This document shows, in pieces, positions 35,022 to 37,317 of a stretch of DNA of 37,317 nt (position 1 is its first letter; each line of letters opens with the position of its first letter). Origin of the DNA: an uncultured Clostridia bacterium (GTDB taxonomy: Bacteria > Bacillota > Clostridia > Oscillospirales > CAG-382); NCBI GenBank assembly GCA_947627335.1, contig CANQVQ010000002.1, forward strand, positions 1-37,317, in the 5' to 3' direction. The notes beneath the pieces are model-generated. The model made no database searches. It was not told the origin of the DNA and saw nothing but the letters and a program-made list of their open reading frames with translations. A program made the translations under genes and the position numbers.

Positions 35022-35231
35022 ATGGCAACGATCGGGGAACGCATCCGGGAGCTGCGGACGGAAAAGCAGGTCACGCAGGAACGGTTGGCGAATTTTCTCG
35101 GCGTCACGCCGCAGGCGGTCAGCAGGTGGGAGCGGGAAGGGGTTTGCCCGAATCTGGAATTGCTTCCGAGGCTGGCGAAGTTTTTCGGCGTCAGCACGGA
35201 CTATCTGCTGGGGTTGATCGAGCGGTCGTGA
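35022..35231 (+). CDS. small XRE family transcriptional regulator (Cro/CI-type HTH only)
   Basis: 69 aa. IGERIRELRTEKQVTQERLANFLGVTPQAVSRWEREG...FFGVSTDYLLG is a canonical HTH_3 domain. Confidence 0.85.
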   Translation: MATIGERIRELRTEKQVTQERLANFLGVTPQAVSRWEREGVCPNLELLPRLAKFFGVSTDYLLGLIERS

Positions 35232-35318
35232 ACCGGCGGGAACGATTTTGACCGTCGGCTTTTTCGTCACGGATGCAGGCGAAACGGACGTTGGTCGGAA
35301 ACAAAAAAATAAAATCAT

Positions 35319-35449
35319 GTTTCGGAGGCGGACATGCGCCGACTCCGAAACACCTCAAGAGAAAACCGGCGAAGGCGGCGTCAGAAGTGGCGCAAGCCAA
35401 GCCGGTTTTCGACCAAAGGGGGGCATTTGGGGGGAAAACGCAGAGCAAG
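35319..35449 (+). repeat. copy B of the roughly 131-135-nt structured intergenic element
   Basis: Aligns with 32007-32141. Identical 25-mer at 35374-35398. Stem GAAAACCGGC (35361-35370) / GCCGGTTTTC (35401-35410). Confidence 0.85.
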
Positions 35450-35529
35450 ACATCGCTGCGACAAAGTCGCCGGCGATGGCGATGCGATTGCGTTTTCCCC
35501 CCAAACTAAAAAAACTTCCGCAAAAGATA

Positions 35530-35558
35530 TTGACAAATCCCATTTCCTGTGCTATACT
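35530..35558 (+). promoter_or_regulatory. sigma-A type promoter for the MarR-acpP-fabK cluster
   Basis: TTGACA (35530-35535), 17 nt, TATACT (35553-35558). Confidence 0.65.
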
Positions 35559-35634
35559 GTGCCGGTAAGGGAAATTGACTGGTCAACATTTGACGAAAAA
35601 CGGCGCGAAAGCGCGTCTGAAAGGAGGGGTTGTC

Positions 35635-36138
35635 GTGATCGAACGGGAAGGCGTCGTCATCAGCAGTTTTCTGCGCATTTCCAACTCTCTGACGACCCTG
35701 CAGAAGAACCTCGAGCGGGCAAAATCCCTTCGGGCAAGACCCCTCAACCTCAAGAACGGCGAAGTGCTGGTCATGTACCTGTTCTACGACAACCCGGACG
35801 GGCTTTCGGCGGAGCAGCTCTCCCGCGTCTGTATGCTCGACCGGTCCCTGATCTCGCGCAGTCTGCGCTCGCTGAGCCTCAAGCGGCTGATCACCTGTCC
35901 GCGTGTGGCGGAAGGCAAGCGGCGGTACGGCAGTAAACTGATCCTGACGGAGGAAGGGCGGCGCGTCGGCGGCATCGTCAAGCAGCACGTCCGGGAAGCG
36001 CAGGCGTTCCTGCGGGAAGGGATCACCGACGAGGAGCTGGAGATCATGTACAGCACCCTCGAAAAACTCTGCGCACGGTTCGAGGAATACAACCGAATGA
36101 CCCGTGCGGAGCTGAAATCGAAAAAAGAAAGTATATAA
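35635..36138 (+). CDS. MarR family transcriptional regulator (FabT-like by context)
   Basis: Start placed at GTG 35635, 5 nt after RBS AAAGGAGGGG. Winged-helix region LSAEQLSRVCMLDRSLISRSLRSLSLKRLI. Heads the acpP-fabK cluster. Confidence 0.8.
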   Translation: MIEREGVVISSFLRISNSLTTLQKNLERAKSLRARPLNLKNGEVLVMYLFYDNPDGLSAEQLSRVCMLDRSLISRSLRSLSLKRLITCPRVAEGKRRYGSKLILTEEGRRVGGIVKQHVREAQAFLREGITDEELEIMYSTLEKLCARFEEYNRMTRAELKSKKESI

Positions 36139-36164
36139 AACACCATCATTAAGGAGAATGACAC

Positions 36165-36395
36165 ATGGTACTCGAAAAAGTGCAGGAAATGCTTGCGGAA
36201 AAGCTGGGCGTCCCGGCGGAAGAAATCACGGCGGAATCCGAATTTTCCGCGCTCGGTCTGGACTCTCTGGATTTTGCGGAAATGCTGATGACCGTTGAAA
36301 CGGAATTCGGCGTATCCATCGAAGCGGACCCGTCCATCAAGACGGTCGGCTCGCTGGTCGAAAAGATCGAAGAGCTGCAAAAGAAGGGATCGTAA
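36165..36395 (+). CDS. acpP: acyl carrier protein
   Basis: 76 aa. Phosphopantetheine attachment motif LGLDSLD. Confidence 0.93.
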   Translation: MVLEKVQEMLAEKLGVPAEEITAESEFSALGLDSLDFAEMLMTVETEFGVSIEADPSIKTVGSLVEKIEELQKKGS

Positions 36396-37317
36396 TGAAT
36401 TCCCCGCTCTGTGAGCTGCTGCATATCCGCTATCCCGTCCTGCAGGGCGGGATGGCGTGGATCTCGGACGGGAAGCTCGCCGCAGCCGTCTCGGAAGGCG
36501 GCGGACTGGGCATCATCTCGGCGATGAACGCCGGGGCGGACTACCTCAGGGAGCAGATCCGCCTCGCCCGTTCGCTGACGGACCGCCCGTTCGGCGTGAA
36601 CGTCATGCTTATGAGCCCGCACGCGGAGGAAGTCGCGCAGGCGGTGATCGACGAGAAAGTTCCCGTCGTCACGACCGGCGCCGGCTCTCCGGCGAAGTTC
36701 CTCCCCGCCTGGAAATCGGCGGGGATCCTCGTGCTGCCCGTCGTCGCTTCGGTCGCGTCCGCCGTCATGGCGGAGCGGGCGGGCGCGGACGCGGTGATCG
36801 CGGAAGGGCAGGAGTCCGGCGGACATATCGGCGAGCTGACGACCATGGCGCTGGTGCCGCAGGTGTGCGACGCGGTCAAGGTCCCGGTGCTTGCCGCCGG
36901 CGGGATCGCCGACGGGCGCGGAATGGCCGCCGCCTTCATGCTCGGCGCCTGCGGGATCCAGATGGGCACCCGTTTCCTGGTCGCGGCGGAATGCGGCGTA
37001 CATCAAAACTATAAGGACATGGTTCTCCGCGCCACGGACGTTTCCACGACCACGACCGGCAGACGGTTCGGCGGGAACACCTGCCGCTGCCTGAAAAACC
37101 CGTTCAGCCGTCACTTCCTGCAGGTGGAATATCAGCCGGAAACCACGGCGGAGGACGTCGCGGACCTCGGCGTCGGCGCGCTGCGTCTCGCCGCCGTGGA
37201 GGGCGACACGAAGAACGGCAGTTTCCTCGCCGGTCAGATCGCCGGGCTCGTCCGGAAGGAACAACCTGCGGCGGAGATCCTGCGCGAGGTCTGCGAACAG
37301 TGCGACGCCCTTTTGAG
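36395..37317 (+). CDS. fabK: enoyl-[acyl-carrier-protein] reductase FabK (FMN-dependent, nitronate monooxygenase fold), 3' end outside the window
   Basis: Not in the ORF track because no stop is reached. ATG 36395 overlaps the acpP stop (TAATG). My translation reads MNSPLCELLHIRYPVLQGGMAWISDGKLAAAVSEGGGLGII...GGIADGRGMAAAFMLGACGIQMGTRF. Confidence 0.85.
   Translation, partial: MNSPLCELLHIRYPVLQGGMAWISDGKLAAAVSEGGGLGIISAMNAGADYLREQIRLARSLTDRPFGVNVMLMSPHAEEVAQAVIDEKVPVVTTGAGSPAKFLPAWKSAGILVLPVVASVASAVMAERAGADAVIAEGQESGGHIGELTTMALVPQVCDAVKVPVLAAGGIADGRGMAAAFMLGACGIQMGTRFLVAAECGVHQNYKDMVLRATDVSTTTTGRRFGGNTCRCLKNPFSRHFLQVEYQPETTAEDVADLGVGALRLAAVEGDTKNGSFLAGQIAGLVRKEQPAAEILREVCEQCDALL

Overview
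High-GC (about 65-70% in hand-counted lines) chromosomal segment from a spore-forming Firmicute of the Clostridia type. Sporulation genes yqfC, yqfD, ylbJ-like and a SleL/YaaH-like gene are present, and ribosome-binding sites are strong AGGAG-type. Most of the window is housekeeping. It holds three class I aminoacyl-tRNA synthetases (valS, leuS, argS) and an apparent yebC-nadD-yqeK-rsfS-leuS operon, plus an Mrp/NBP35 Fe-S carrier, homoserine dehydrogenase, tRNA-Thr(UGU) and tRNA-Tyr(GUA), coaX with an ECF S-component, a Ca-type P-type ATPase, an alanine/cation symporter, plsC, and the start of a fatty-acid synthesis cluster (MarR-acpP-fabK). Many promoters are near-consensus TTGACA-17-TATACT. 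I saw no CRISPR array, transposase, integrase or rRNA. Four places do not look like ordinary core genome. (1) A roughly 1-kb low-GC islet sits directly 3' of tRNA-Tyr and carries a short XRE-like ORF and a zinc-ribbon membrane protein, with a perfect palindrome in the promoter spacer. (2) A lipoprotein/HExxH-peptidase-like gene is split by a single in-frame TAG. (3) A roughly 131-135-nt structured intergenic element occurs twice in direct orientation, shows one compensatory base-pair change in a 10-bp stem, and brackets a 3.2-kb block (DUF3737, PatB/MalY, two XRE genes). (4) A divergent XRE/XRE pair is separated by a very AT-rich 266-bp region with mirrored -10 elements. The many long R/G/P/A-rich ORFs antisense to real genes are high-GC shadow ORFs and are rejected. 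All functional calls come from motif recognition by eye; no database search was run.
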